Assembly: GCA_937890925.1 (NCBI GenBank)
Contig: CALAEK010000064.1
Span: 591-64,590, forward strand
Direction: 5' to 3'
DNA length: 64,000 bases
Source: an uncultured Riemerella sp.
GTDB lineage: Bacteria > Bacteroidota > Bacteroidia > Flavobacteriales > Weeksellaceae
Shown here piece by piece: positions 8,982-18,279 of the stretch. The notes under the pieces are model-generated. The model searched no databases. It was not told the DNA's origin and saw only the letters and a program-made list of their open reading frames with translations. How positions within the stretch are numbered: position 1 is the first letter of the stretch; every line of letters begins with the position of its first letter. The position numbers were made by a program, and so were the translations under genes.

Positions 8982-9797
8982 ATGTTTAATGGTAATACTT
9001 TATTAAATACTCCGCTGGCAATAGACAAAGGCTATTTGATGAGCCTTGTTCCATCATTGGCAGCAGAATTTATGTTGATGAAATCCTCTCCTATACAGAG
9101 TGTAAAGGAGAGAGAAATGCAGTATTTATCCAAAATCAACAAACAGGGAGAAGGGAAAGAAAACATGAAGTTTCCTGTAATAGTGGATATTGTGGGAGCA
9201 ATCACTAAATATTCTACTTACTTCTCTTACGGCACCCAGTTCCTTGGGGAGCTCTTGAAAGAATTGGATAGAAGCCCGAGTGTTTCGGGAATTATTCTCA
9301 ATATAGATTCTGGAGGCGGTATGGTTTCTGGAACCGCAGAACTTACCCATATCATCAAGAATTTAGAAACTCCTACTATATCATATACTAGCGGTTATCA
9401 GTGTTCGGCTGCGCTGGACATTGCTTCTGGGTGTGATTATCACATGGCATCTCCTTTTGCTGATAAAATCGGCTCCATTGGGACGATGCTCTCTTATCAA
9501 GATTTTTCGGCAATGTTCGAAAAATGGGGAGCGAAGATTTATGAAATCTATGCTCCGCAGTCTACAGAGAAGAACAAGGAGTATCGTGAGTTGATGAAAG
9601 GAAACGAAAAACTCTACACTGAACAGCTGAAAGTTTTAGCAGATGATTTTATTTCCAGAATGAAAGAAAATTTTGGGGAGAAGCTGAAAGATGACGGGCA
9701 TGTTTTCAAAGGGAAAACCTACACTCCGAAAGAGGCTTTGGAAATCGGTCTTATAGATGAACTCGGTTCTTTAGCAGATGCATTGAGCAAATTTTAA
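8982..9797 (+). CDS. S49 (SppA/ClpP-fold) prohead protease
   Basis: GIILNIDSGGGMVSG ... SGYQCSAALDIASGCDY ... IGSIG is typical of S49 peptidases. It sits directly upstream of the scaffold-like and capsid genes. Confidence 0.8.
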   Translation: MFNGNTLLNTPLAIDKGYLMSLVPSLAAEFMLMKSSPIQSVKEREMQYLSKINKQGEGKENMKFPVIVDIVGAITKYSTYFSYGTQFLGELLKELDRSPSVSGIILNIDSGGGMVSGTAELTHIIKNLETPTISYTSGYQCSAALDIASGCDYHMASPFADKIGSIGTMLSYQDFSAMFEKWGAKIYEIYAPQSTEKNKEYRELMKGNEKLYTEQLKVLADDFISRMKENFGEKLKDDGHVFKGKTYTPKEALEIGLIDELGSLADALSKF

Positions 9798-9815
9798 TCA
9801 ATAAATTAAATAAAA

Positions 9816-10286
9816 ATGAAATTCACAAGAATCACAGCCCTATTGGGACTAGCGCAACTAACATTCCATGCAGGAGTGTTTGGAACGCAGAAGCCTTTTG
9901 CGAAGCTATCGGAAGAGGATTTGGAAAAAATAGAAAACGCCTTGGCTGGTCTGGAATCAGAAGGAATGGCGGAAGAACTGGAAAGCACCAAGCAGAGTCT
10001 TTCTGATGCTGTAACGAATCTAGAGGTCGTAAAAAAAAATTCGGAAGAAACGGCACAGGCGGTAGAAGCCGCACTAGAAACTGCAGGGTTAAAAGAAGAG
10101 GCTAAAGAAAGCGTAGTGGAGAACATCGCTTTACTTGGGGAAAAATGCAAGGAATTCGGAGGCTCTAAAAACAGACATTCTGTGGTAGAGAATGACGGAA
10201 AGGAGGTTTCTGAAAATGGTTTGATTGGAGGATTTATGAATCCAGAAGATGAGCACAACAAGTTGCTCCAGAGAATAAAAAAGTAG
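9816..10286 (+). CDS. Scaffolding-protein candidate
   Basis: 156 aa, Glu/Ala-rich and helical, lying between the protease and the capsid gene. Confidence 0.45.
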   Translation: MKFTRITALLGLAQLTFHAGVFGTQKPFAKLSEEDLEKIENALAGLESEGMAEELESTKQSLSDAVTNLEVVKKNSEETAQAVEAALETAGLKEEAKESVVENIALLGEKCKEFGGSKNRHSVVENDGKEVSENGLIGGFMNPEDEHNKLLQRIKK

Positions 10287-10307
10287 AATAAATAAAAAAA
10301 TAAGAAT

Positions 10308-11321
10308 ATGAGTTTAAAAACAGATCAGATTAAAAACGAGCTTATTCGTTATTTATCTGTAAATCCTACTTTATTCAGCGGTATGGTTTTATCCAGCGAG
10401 GTTTACATCAACCGATTTGTTAGAACCGTAACCAAGGTAAAGGGACATTATCCATCGGTTCAGGCATTGATGAGCCATGCAGTTCAGATTTTTGATTCCA
10501 AGAAAGTGACTCCGTATGGAGATATTACATTCTTGTATAAAGATTTGAAGAATTTTCATCAAAAAGTGGATTTCCAAATTGATCCAGCAGAAATCATAGG
10601 AAGTGTTTTTGAAGAAAAATACGAAGAAAGTAAAGGACTGCAACAAAAGAGCATCTCTGTTCTTGCTATGCAGATTTTAAAAGAAAAAGTGATTGATGAT
10701 GTTAATATTCTATCTATCACTGGTAAGTATGATGGTTCACAGAAAGGGCAGGCTTCTCCTACATTCGGATCATCAATGGACGGGCTGAACGAAGTTCACA
10801 AGAAAATAGCAGCAGAAACTACAAATCCTGCGTTCTTGGTTCCTGGTGATGCGATAACCAAAACCAATGTTTTGGATGTGGTAACGGAGTATGAAAGACA
10901 GATTCCATCACTTTATAAAAACAAAGTGAAAACTATCTTCATGAGCCAAGCTGATGCGGAAGACTATCAGATCGCATACGAAGATAAATTCGGACAAAAC
11001 AAGTTCCAGGATGATGCCATGAGAACAAGACTTGGCAAGAGACAAATCGTGGGCATACCGAACCTTACTAAAGGAACTATCGTGTCTACGGTGGACAATA
11101 ACCTATTAAGGCTTATTGACGAAATAGACAATCCAGCGACTATTACTTCGGTTCAAGAAAGCGGAAGAGTATTGAATGTTCTTGGAGAGTTCTCTCTTGG
11201 ATATGATTATGCTGTAAACCAATTGGTATTCATGCATACATCAGACGGAACGAAGAAACGAGGATTGAACAATGCTGACCAGAACGAATTGTTCTATGCA
11301 AGTGAAAAACTAAGTGTGTAA
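10308..11321 (+). CDS. Major capsid protein candidate
   Basis: 337-aa ORF right after the protease and scaffold genes, followed by a strong terminator. The call rests on position and size only. Confidence 0.55.
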   Translation: MSLKTDQIKNELIRYLSVNPTLFSGMVLSSEVYINRFVRTVTKVKGHYPSVQALMSHAVQIFDSKKVTPYGDITFLYKDLKNFHQKVDFQIDPAEIIGSVFEEKYEESKGLQQKSISVLAMQILKEKVIDDVNILSITGKYDGSQKGQASPTFGSSMDGLNEVHKKIAAETTNPAFLVPGDAITKTNVLDVVTEYERQIPSLYKNKVKTIFMSQADAEDYQIAYEDKFGQNKFQDDAMRTRLGKRQIVGIPNLTKGTIVSTVDNNLLRLIDEIDNPATITSVQESGRVLNVLGEFSLGYDYAVNQLVFMHTSDGTKKRGLNNADQNELFYASEKLSV

Positions 11322-11328
11322 TCCTATA

Positions 11329-11361
11329 CCTGTAGGCACTTTTGGTGCTTACAGGTTTTTC
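11329..11361 (+). terminator. Rho-independent terminator after the capsid gene
   Basis: CCTGTAGGCAC-TTTTG-GTGCTTACAGG followed by TTTTT. Confidence 0.6.
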
Positions 11362-11377
11362 TAAAAAAAATAATATT

Positions 11378-11803
11378 ATGGCAAAAGAAGACGAAAAAGT
11401 TTCTGAAAACATCGAAGAAACTGCAGGTAATACTGAAGAATCTACAGAAAATGTAGCAAAGGAAACTCAGCTTGATACCAGGGAAAACGAACTGAATGTT
11501 TTTGCGGACCAGCTGAAAGAAAAAGAAGCTGAACTGGACAATCGTGAGAAAGAAATCGCAAAAAGAGAAGCTGAACTGGATAAGAGAGAAAAATCTCTTA
11601 CAAAGAAAGAACCTAAACCAGCAGAGCCAAAAGCAGAAGCTGTTTCTTTTGAGTTCAATAGAGAGAAATACAGATTCACTGATGATGCTCCGAGCAAAAT
11701 CAGAATCGACGGCATCGTGAAAACTCAGCAGGAAATCTCCCAAGACGAAGATATACTGCTTCAGTTGGTCGTTGGCGGGTCTGGATTGATAGAAAAAGTT
11801 TAA
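11378..11803 (+). CDS. Glu/Lys-rich coiled-coil protein (head decoration or scaffold-like)
   Basis: The first ATG (MAKEDEKV...) lies inside track ORF 11342..11803. Repeated motifs REKEIAKREAELDKREK. Confidence 0.45.
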   Translation: MAKEDEKVSENIEETAGNTEESTENVAKETQLDTRENELNVFADQLKEKEAELDNREKEIAKREAELDKREKSLTKKEPKPAEPKAEAVSFEFNREKYRFTDDAPSKIRIDGIVKTQQEISQDEDILLQLVVGGSGLIEKV

Positions 11804-11823
11804 CCAAAAAAATAAATAAAATT

Positions 11824-12375
11824 ATGGCAAGTTGTTTTGATAGCATTCCGCACGAGAACTTGGAGCATTGTCCAAACGATGAAATCAATTCTGGGATTGC
11901 AACGAAGTTGTATTATGTTCCCGTAGATTTCATTAAAAGTATGGCAAAGCCTACGATTTCTACTACCTATGCCAGCAGGGTAACCATTGCAGCAGGAGGT
12001 ATTGTTCTTAATAGTGGCAAAGCGTGGAAATCCATCGATATTCAGATGGATGAAGGAGAGTTGAAACCGACCCTTACAGGTAATGTGGGCAACAAGAAGA
12101 CAAAAACAGAATTGGAATTTCTTATTCCTGGTCTCAGAACGGAAGTGCTGGGCTGGATAGATGCCTATAAGAATGCTCCGTGTGTTTTTGTGGTAAAAGA
12201 TGCCAACGGAAAACTCTTTGTGATTGGAAACAAAGACCTTGGAGCAAGAATAGATTCTGCCGAGGGAACTACAGGTAAGAAGATAGATGATAACTCTGGA
12301 GTAACAGTGAAGTTGGTAGCGAATGCGAAAACTTGTGTGTATGAAGGAGAAATCACATTAGAACCTGCAGCGTAG
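11824..12375 (+). CDS. Virion structural protein, paralog A (tail-tube-like family)
   Basis: Homologous to 21303..21944. Shared elements: E-L-x-CP, LYY, GK-K, TG-V, F-V-D-NG, GN, G-T-GKK, YEG/YEYAG. Confidence 0.45.
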   Translation: MASCFDSIPHENLEHCPNDEINSGIATKLYYVPVDFIKSMAKPTISTTYASRVTIAAGGIVLNSGKAWKSIDIQMDEGELKPTLTGNVGNKKTKTELEFLIPGLRTEVLGWIDAYKNAPCVFVVKDANGKLFVIGNKDLGARIDSAEGTTGKKIDDNSGVTVKLVANAKTCVYEGEITLEPAA

Positions 12376-12388
12376 AAAATTGGAAAAG

Positions 12389-12712
12389 ATGGATAAAAAG
12401 TATTTCAAACTGAATGTTCCGATTGGAACAAGGATTATCAGTTCTCGTGGTGATTTTGTAGTGGAAGAAGTTCCAGATGATGCTTTTGATTTTTTCCAAA
12501 GAGGCTCTCAGTGGCTTTCGCTAGTGCCAGAGGCTGTAGAGGGTCTTTCCAAATTGTCGGAAACGAAACTTAAAAGCCTTTTAGCTCTCAAAGAAAGGCA
12601 GGATATGACAGAAGATGCTGGCATTATCCGAGAGGCTTTGGAGCAAATTCTCCTTACGAGAACGGAGACAGCGGAAGATAAATCAAAATCACAAAAGAAA
12701 CAGGAAGCCTAG
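12389..12712 (+). CDS. Hypothetical protein
   Basis: First ATG (MDKKYFKL...) within track ORF 12380..12712. Confidence 0.4.
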   Translation: MDKKYFKLNVPIGTRIISSRGDFVVEEVPDDAFDFFQRGSQWLSLVPEAVEGLSKLSETKLKSLLALKERQDMTEDAGIIREALEQILLTRTETAEDKSKSQKKQEA

Positions 12713-12733
12713 TGCTTTCTGTTTTTTATCATT

Positions 12734-13435
12734 ATGAACGCAAAAGAGCACCAAGAACTTTTAGAAAAGTATATTTCATACGGAGGAAACCAGCGGATAA
12801 CGGAAGCCTGCAGGAGGTTTTCCCTGCAGAATTTTGCAAAGCTGAAATATGAATTTTCTCGATTGAATAAGCCTGCAGAAGCTAAAGTTTCAGCTGAAAT
12901 CCTAACCGATAAACCAGCAGACCAAGAGAGTGGAAATCCGAAAACAGAAGCACCGAGAAAAGTATTCAATGATTTTATTGCAGATTATCCCGTGGAGCTT
13001 CATAAGGCTTTCCGCAGACGCTGGGGGCTATGGATGGAGGCTTGCTCTCTTAAAATTCAGCTCGGAGAACTTGACCCTAAAGATGAAGACGAAGCCTTTG
13101 AGCTTCAGTGGAAAATTTGGGTATGTTTTAGAGAATTTGACCAGTGCCAAAAGGTGCTGAAACATTACAGAGAGCATAAGAGAATAATGCCTTTGGAGAC
13201 TGAAACTGATTTTGAGGGAATGAGTGAGCTGGAAATTTATAAGCATCGGGACAATCTTAGGGCGCTGATTACGAGGAGAAAGCAGACCATTAAGAAAATG
13301 GAAAACTCTCTGCCTGCTCCCGAAGACCCAGAGTATAAGAGCCGACTGCACACGCTGAATCTAAAACGGGAACAGCTCCAAGAAAAAGAAAACGAACTCA
13401 TGGAATGCGAAAGATTTTTGAATAATGGAAAATAA
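12734..13435 (+). CDS. Hypothetical protein
   Basis: 233-aa ORF whose end overlaps the start of the methyltransferase gene. Confidence 0.45.
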   Translation: MNAKEHQELLEKYISYGGNQRITEACRRFSLQNFAKLKYEFSRLNKPAEAKVSAEILTDKPADQESGNPKTEAPRKVFNDFIADYPVELHKAFRRRWGLWMEACSLKIQLGELDPKDEDEAFELQWKIWVCFREFDQCQKVLKHYREHKRIMPLETETDFEGMSELEIYKHRDNLRALITRRKQTIKKMENSLPAPEDPEYKSRLHTLNLKREQLQEKENELMECERFLNNGK

Positions 13436-14765
13436 AATACATGCTCCTTTGGAATGGTATACGGTTCAGAGGAAAGTAAAAGAGTTAGTGCCTTGTGATT
13501 TTAATCCAAGACAAATAAATGATGCCGATATGAAGAAACTCCGAGAGAGCTTGGAGAAATTTAATTTGGTAGAAATTCCAGTCATTGACCTGGACAATAC
13601 GCTGATAGCAGGACACCAGAGAGTAGCTGCGTTGTTCGTGCTGGGGCGTGGTGAGGACAATATCGATGTAAGGATTCCAAACCGAAAGCTTACCGAGGAG
13701 GAATTCAAAGAATACATGCTCCGAAGTAATATCCATAATGGTGAATTTGATTGGGAAAAAATAGAGGAATTCTTTCAAGATTTAGACCTTGAAGGTATCG
13801 GAATGGATATGGGCGATTTTGATGAATTTTTGAAGCAGAACGCTGTGCTTCCGCCTGAAGAAGAGGGCGATTTTGATGCCTCGCTCCCTGAAAAAACGCA
13901 AAGCGTGGAGGGGGATTTATTCGAATTAGTTTCTAAAGATAAAAACATAAAGCATAGATTTTTGTGCGGTAGTTCTACCGATTCAGAAAACTGGGCGAGG
14001 TTGCTTGGTGATGACAAACTGAATCTATTACTTACCGACCCGCCGTATAATGTAGACTATCAAGGAGGAACGAAAGACAAACTAAAAATCAAGAATGATA
14101 AGATGAGCAATGATAATTTTTATCGATTCTTATATGATTTCTTTGTGAATAGTTATGTTTTTTCTCATGCTGGTGCGCCTGCGTATGTGTTTTATTCGGA
14201 TTTGGAGGCTATCAATTTCAGACAATCTATGCTGGATGCAGGGTATAAGATTTCCTCTACTTTGGTCTGGGTAAAAAATTCATTTGTATTAGGAAGGCTG
14301 GACTATCATATGCAGCATGAACCTGTTATTTTCTGCGAAGAAACACAGCCAACAGAGATAGAAACACACCGTTCCCTGGTATATGGTTGGAATGCAGAAG
14401 GAGCTCATCCTTGGTATACGGACAGAAAGCAAAGTTCGATTTTAAGGTTTGACAAACCACAGCGAAATGCAGACCATCCTACGATGAAACCTTTGGATTT
14501 AATGGGGTATTTGATTAAGAATTCCAGCAGACAGGGGGAAATTGTAGGTGATGGCTTCTTAGGTTCTGGCTCTACTTTGATAGCTTGTGAGCAAAATTGG
14601 AGAGCGTGCAGAGGCTTTGAGCTGGACACGAGGTTTTCGGATGTTATTGTAAGACGGTGGGTGTCCTATATGAAAGAAAACGGATTGGCTTATGAAGTAT
14701 GGAGAAACGGCGAGCAACTCACGGATGCTGAAATAGAGCAATTTAATAAAAAGTCAGAGGAATAA
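13425..14765 (+). CDS. ParB-like N-terminal domain fused to an N6/N4 DNA methyltransferase (beta class)
   Basis: ParB/Srx-like LIAGHQRVAAL. Motif IV is LLLTDPPYNV and the downstream motif I is GDGFLGSGSTLIA. This is the common phage ParB-MTase architecture. No restriction partner is present. Confidence 0.85.
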   Translation: MENKIHAPLEWYTVQRKVKELVPCDFNPRQINDADMKKLRESLEKFNLVEIPVIDLDNTLIAGHQRVAALFVLGRGEDNIDVRIPNRKLTEEEFKEYMLRSNIHNGEFDWEKIEEFFQDLDLEGIGMDMGDFDEFLKQNAVLPPEEEGDFDASLPEKTQSVEGDLFELVSKDKNIKHRFLCGSSTDSENWARLLGDDKLNLLLTDPPYNVDYQGGTKDKLKIKNDKMSNDNFYRFLYDFFVNSYVFSHAGAPAYVFYSDLEAINFRQSMLDAGYKISSTLVWVKNSFVLGRLDYHMQHEPVIFCEETQPTEIETHRSLVYGWNAEGAHPWYTDRKQSSILRFDKPQRNADHPTMKPLDLMGYLIKNSSRQGEIVGDGFLGSGSTLIACEQNWRACRGFELDTRFSDVIVRRWVSYMKENGLAYEVWRNGEQLTDAEIEQFNKKSEE

Positions 14766-14781
14766 ACCTCTGATTTTTTTT
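14754..14781 (+). terminator. Rho-independent terminator
   Basis: TCAGAGG-AATAAA-CCTCTGA followed by T8. Confidence 0.6.
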
Positions 14782-14811
14782 ATAAAAAAAGTGAAAAAAG
14801 TTCATAAAATA

Positions 14812-14843
14812 TTTGCATAATAGTATATAAATGTATATCTTTG
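14812..14843 (+). promoter_or_regulatory. Bacteroidota-type promoter for hicAB
   Basis: -33 TTTG (14812-14815) and -7 TATCTTTG (14836-14843) with a 20-nt spacer. Confidence 0.45.
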
Positions 14844-14871
14844 TGGTGTTAAATTGATAAACGATAGTTCT

Positions 14872-15051
14872 ATGAAGTACAGCGCATTTTTTAGAGAAAT
14901 TAGAAGAAAAGGTTGGTGGTTCTTAAGGCAGGGAAAGGGAAGCCATGAAATTTGGACAAACGGCAAAATAGAAGTAGCCATTCCCAATCACGGAGCGAAA
15001 GAATTGTCCAGCGGATTAGAAAAAGCATTAAGAAAACAAATGGGACTGTAA
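14872..15051 (+). CDS. hicA: HicA-family mRNA interferase toxin
   Basis: MKYSAFFREIRRKGWWFLRQGKGSHEIW...IPNHGAKELSSGLEKALRKQMGL is the HicA signature. The ATG lies inside track ORF 14854..15051. Confidence 0.8.
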   Translation: MKYSAFFREIRRKGWWFLRQGKGSHEIWTNGKIEVAIPNHGAKELSSGLEKALRKQMGL

Positions 15052-15078
15052 AAAGTCCCATATTAAAAAAATAAAAAT

Positions 15079-15462
15079 ATGAAGACAATAAATGTAATAA
15101 TAGAAAGAGCAAACGATGGAACATTCGGGGCTTATGCTGAAAATGTACCAGGAATCTATGGTGCAGGAGATGATGTAAAAGAAGTAAAACAAAGTATTCT
15201 TGATGGAATAGAAACGATGAAAGAAATCGGCAACTTTCCTTATAAAGAATACGAAATAAAGTATAAATTTGATACAGAGAGTCTTTTGCAATATTATAAA
15301 GGCATCTTGGGAAATCCTGCATTTGAAAAGATTACAGGTATCAATCAGAAATTAATTCATCATTATGCTACAGGATTGAAAAAACCTCGTGAAGCACAGC
15401 GCAAAAAAATTGAAGAAGGCTTACACGCTTTAGGAAGAGAACTTTTATCAATAGAACTATAA
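15079..15462 (+). CDS. hicB: HicB-family antitoxin
   Basis: N-terminal HicB/UPF0150 fold (INVIIERANDGTFGAYAENVPGIYGAGDDVKEVKQSI) plus a C-terminal HTH-like region. It lies directly after hicA. Confidence 0.8.
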   Translation: MKTINVIIERANDGTFGAYAENVPGIYGAGDDVKEVKQSILDGIETMKEIGNFPYKEYEIKYKFDTESLLQYYKGILGNPAFEKITGINQKLIHHYATGLKKPREAQRKKIEEGLHALGRELLSIEL

Positions 15463-15496
15463 GTATCAATTTAACACATTTACTTTATCTATTGTT

Positions 15497-15521
15497 GCCC
15501 TGCATTTGCAGGGCTTTTTTG
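15497..15521 (+). terminator. Rho-independent terminator
   Basis: GCCCTGCA..TGCAGGGC followed by T6. Confidence 0.7.
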
Positions 15522-15561
15522 TGTCTTTTACAGAAAAAATCCTAAAAATTATCTTTGAGGC

Positions 15562-16134
15562 ATGGAATTGTCAAAATTCAAGAAAGACAGCAGTTTTCAG
15601 CGTATAAAGGCGAGTTACCTGGATGAGAGTTCAGTGGAACTGACCGAGCGTGAGGCAGAGAAGAAAAAGCGGATGAGCCACGCATGGTCACTGAGATTGA
15701 ACAACAAATACTCTACCTATCAAGTAATTCAGATACTGATGAGAGACCACGGGATTTCTCAGGCTTCGGCGTATCGTGAGTATAATATGTCCATGCAGAT
15801 TTTTGGCGAGCTGGATGCTACTACATTGGCGGCGGAACGGCAGGTGCTGAAAGAGGCTTTCTGGAACGAATACCAGAAGGCTGTAAAAGCTGGCAATGGA
15901 GACCTTGCAGTTAAGGCGTTGAAAGAATACAGGGAACTATTTAATTTTGATGAAAACGAAAACCAGATAGACCCTAATAAGATACAAGCACATGAGTATA
16001 ACATCAGAATGCCGAGAAGAATTTATAAGATGATGGATAAGGAGTTTGCGTATGGTGTGGTAGATTTTAATAATTTAGAAATCGAGGATGCAGAATTTAG
16101 GGAAGTAGAAGAAAATGAAGATGATGATGAATAG
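15562..16134 (+). CDS. Terminase small subunit candidate
   Basis: 190 aa with an acidic tail. It overlaps the start of the large terminase. The call is positional. Confidence 0.45.
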   Translation: MELSKFKKDSSFQRIKASYLDESSVELTEREAEKKKRMSHAWSLRLNNKYSTYQVIQILMRDHGISQASAYREYNMSMQIFGELDATTLAAERQVLKEAFWNEYQKAVKAGNGDLAVKALKEYRELFNFDENENQIDPNKIQAHEYNIRMPRRIYKMMDKEFAYGVVDFNNLEIEDAEFREVEENEDDDE

Positions 16135-17653
16135 AGAGATTAGCAATTTGATAAAACCACAGAAGGATATTCTGCTCAATCCTATGCAGATGGCGGCAGT
16201 TCTGGCGAACCATCGCTATAAAATTCCTTATATCACAATAGAAGCGGCGAGGGGGTCGGGTAAGTCTACTGTATTGGGGTGGTTCTTAAAGGAAGCCGTG
16301 AGGCAGATGCCACGCTCTACAGGTGTGATTGTGGGGGAATCTTTTGTGCAGATAAAGACCAGAACCCTGCCATCTACCAAGGAGGGACTAGAGATGTTCG
16401 GACTATGGGAGGGGTATGATTATGTAGTAGGCAGGAGCGGGGTATCTATGGGCTTCGAGCGACCATTCCAAGCGCCTGACAGCTGGAATAATGTAATTCA
16501 TTTCAGAAATGGCGCTATTGCGATAATGGTTTCGCTGGATAATCCCAATTCAGGAAGGGGGCTTAACTCCTACTGGATTATAGGAGATGAGGCAGCATTG
16601 CTGACTTATGACCGATTATTCAATAATGTTTTGACGACGAATAGAGCCAAGAAGGAAATATTCAAAGGTAAATCTATGCTTCATGCCGAGATATTCGTTT
16701 CTTCTGTGGCGATGACCAAGAAGGGGGAATGGTTCACTAATAGGGAGAAAATGGCAATGGAAAACCCAAAAGAGTATACCTTTATTAAAGCATCTTCGAA
16801 AGTAAATATCCATAACCTAGAGCCTGGCTGGATAGAGAAGATGAGAAGAGAGGCGCTTTCAAAGACTATGTTTGAAGCTGAGATACTGAACATCCGCCCT
16901 GGGAAGATAGCAGATGGTTTCTATGCACAGCTCAGCAAGAAGAATTATTATAAGTATAAATACGATATTGATGCTTTGGGGGATTTGACAGAAAACTATG
17001 TGCCAAGCAGTAAGTATGACACTGACCTGGTGCGTGGTGTTCCGTTACAATTCAATTTGGATTTCGGGGGAAGAATTAACTGTGGGACAGTGTCGCAGCA
17101 TTTAGAAAGCCAAGGAGAAATAAGGTTCATCAAGGAGTTCTTTGCGAAGAACCCTGATAAACTTTCCGATATGGTTAAGCAGTTCATTGACTACTATAAA
17201 CACCACCAATCCAGCTGTAATGTGGTGCATCTGTATCATGACCGCTCTGGTTACAAGTCCGAGGCGAACTCCAAGACTACATTGGCAGAAGATGTAGAGA
17301 ATGCACTCCGTTCGGCTGGGTGGATAGTGATTAACCAGACACCGAACACGAATAATCCCGAGCATATACAGAAGTTCAGATTGATTAACGAAATTCTTTC
17401 CGAGCAGAATCCTCGGCTTCCTATTGTTAGGATAAATGAAAACCAGTGTCCGAATTTGATAATATCAATGGAGAATGCACCGCTGACGAGCGATGATGCC
17501 TTTAAGAAAGACAAATCCTCCGAGCGAAGCAGTACAATTCCACAGGAACACGCCACTCACTTTTCGGATACGCTGGATTACTGTTTGTTTTGGCAGTTCG
17601 GTTATCTTTTGGATTACGACTACTCCGATTCCTTTATTATTACCAATATTTAA
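16115..17653 (+). CDS. terL: Terminase large subunit
   Basis: Walker A is EAARGSGKST and Walker B is YWIIGDEAALL. The C-terminal nuclease-like half contains acidic motifs (NLDFGG, HDRSG, SDTLDY). 512 aa. Confidence 0.85.
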   Translation: MKMMMNREISNLIKPQKDILLNPMQMAAVLANHRYKIPYITIEAARGSGKSTVLGWFLKEAVRQMPRSTGVIVGESFVQIKTRTLPSTKEGLEMFGLWEGYDYVVGRSGVSMGFERPFQAPDSWNNVIHFRNGAIAIMVSLDNPNSGRGLNSYWIIGDEAALLTYDRLFNNVLTTNRAKKEIFKGKSMLHAEIFVSSVAMTKKGEWFTNREKMAMENPKEYTFIKASSKVNIHNLEPGWIEKMRREALSKTMFEAEILNIRPGKIADGFYAQLSKKNYYKYKYDIDALGDLTENYVPSSKYDTDLVRGVPLQFNLDFGGRINCGTVSQHLESQGEIRFIKEFFAKNPDKLSDMVKQFIDYYKHHQSSCNVVHLYHDRSGYKSEANSKTTLAEDVENALRSAGWIVINQTPNTNNPEHIQKFRLINEILSEQNPRLPIVRINENQCPNLIISMENAPLTSDDAFKKDKSSERSSTIPQEHATHFSDTLDYCLFWQFGYLLDYDYSDSFIITNI

Positions 17654-17664
17654 AACCTACAGAG

Positions 17665-17691
17665 TCTCCTCATTCCGAGGAGATTTTTTTT
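17665..17691 (+). terminator. Rho-independent terminator
   Basis: TCTCCTC-ATTCC-GAGGAGA followed by T8. Confidence 0.7.
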
Positions 17692-17938
17692 GTTTTTGGC
17701 TTTCCAGCATTTCGGGAAGTCCCTTTCATATTTCGGTAAAAAATAAAACTGCAATTGTAGAAAAAACTAAGGCGGCTCGTGGGTTAATTCGCACACTTTG
17801 AGAAAAAAATAAAAAATTCATAGGTTAAGAGATTGATAAACAAATGATTAGTTTCAAAATTTTGAGAAAGAGCCTTGTTTTTTGGTGTTTTTTGGTGTGT
17901 CTTTTATGCTTTCAGTGTGTTGTTTGATATTTGCGGTA

Positions 17939-18261
17939 TGGAAAAAACGCTGTTTTTATCTGATGTTCTCACGGAAATGAAAAAAGTAGATGCCCGCAAA
18001 AATCCTGTTCCTTTTTCTCTAAAAATTAGAAGTTTTAACCTGCAAAATAAAACGGGGGGAAAATTGATAAGTTACGAGGATGCTGTTTTGCTCCGTCCTC
18101 CTGCGAAAAAAGGGGCGGTAAGGCTGGCGGATGAAACGCCCTTTAAAAATCCGAACCACTGGGAAAATCGCACCAGAAATATCAAACTGAAAAACGGCGA
18201 AATAAAGAAAATACACATTATTTTCATTGAGGAATTTAACGGCAAAAAGGTGGTTTTTTAA
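17939..18261 (+). CDS. Hypothetical protein
   Basis: ATG (MEKTLFLSDV...) inside track ORF 17875..18261, 18 nt upstream of the MTase-like gene. Confidence 0.4.
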
Positions 18262-18279
18262 TATTGATATTGATAAAAC

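Noticed and set aside
9806-10261. 151-aa Ser-rich minus-strand ORF opposite the scaffold-like gene
   Set aside because: It is a shadow of a Glu/Ala-rich plus-strand gene that sits in the conserved protease-scaffold-capsid order. The minus-strand product is low-complexity.
14761-14778. 18-nt exact repeat AATAAACCTCTGATTTTT, also at 40399-40416, considered as att or duplication scars
   Set aside because: Both copies lie inside the same prophage, directly after stop codons. Each is half of a terminator hairpin (…CAGAGG/CCTCTG…) plus a T-run. This is more simply explained as a reused terminator.
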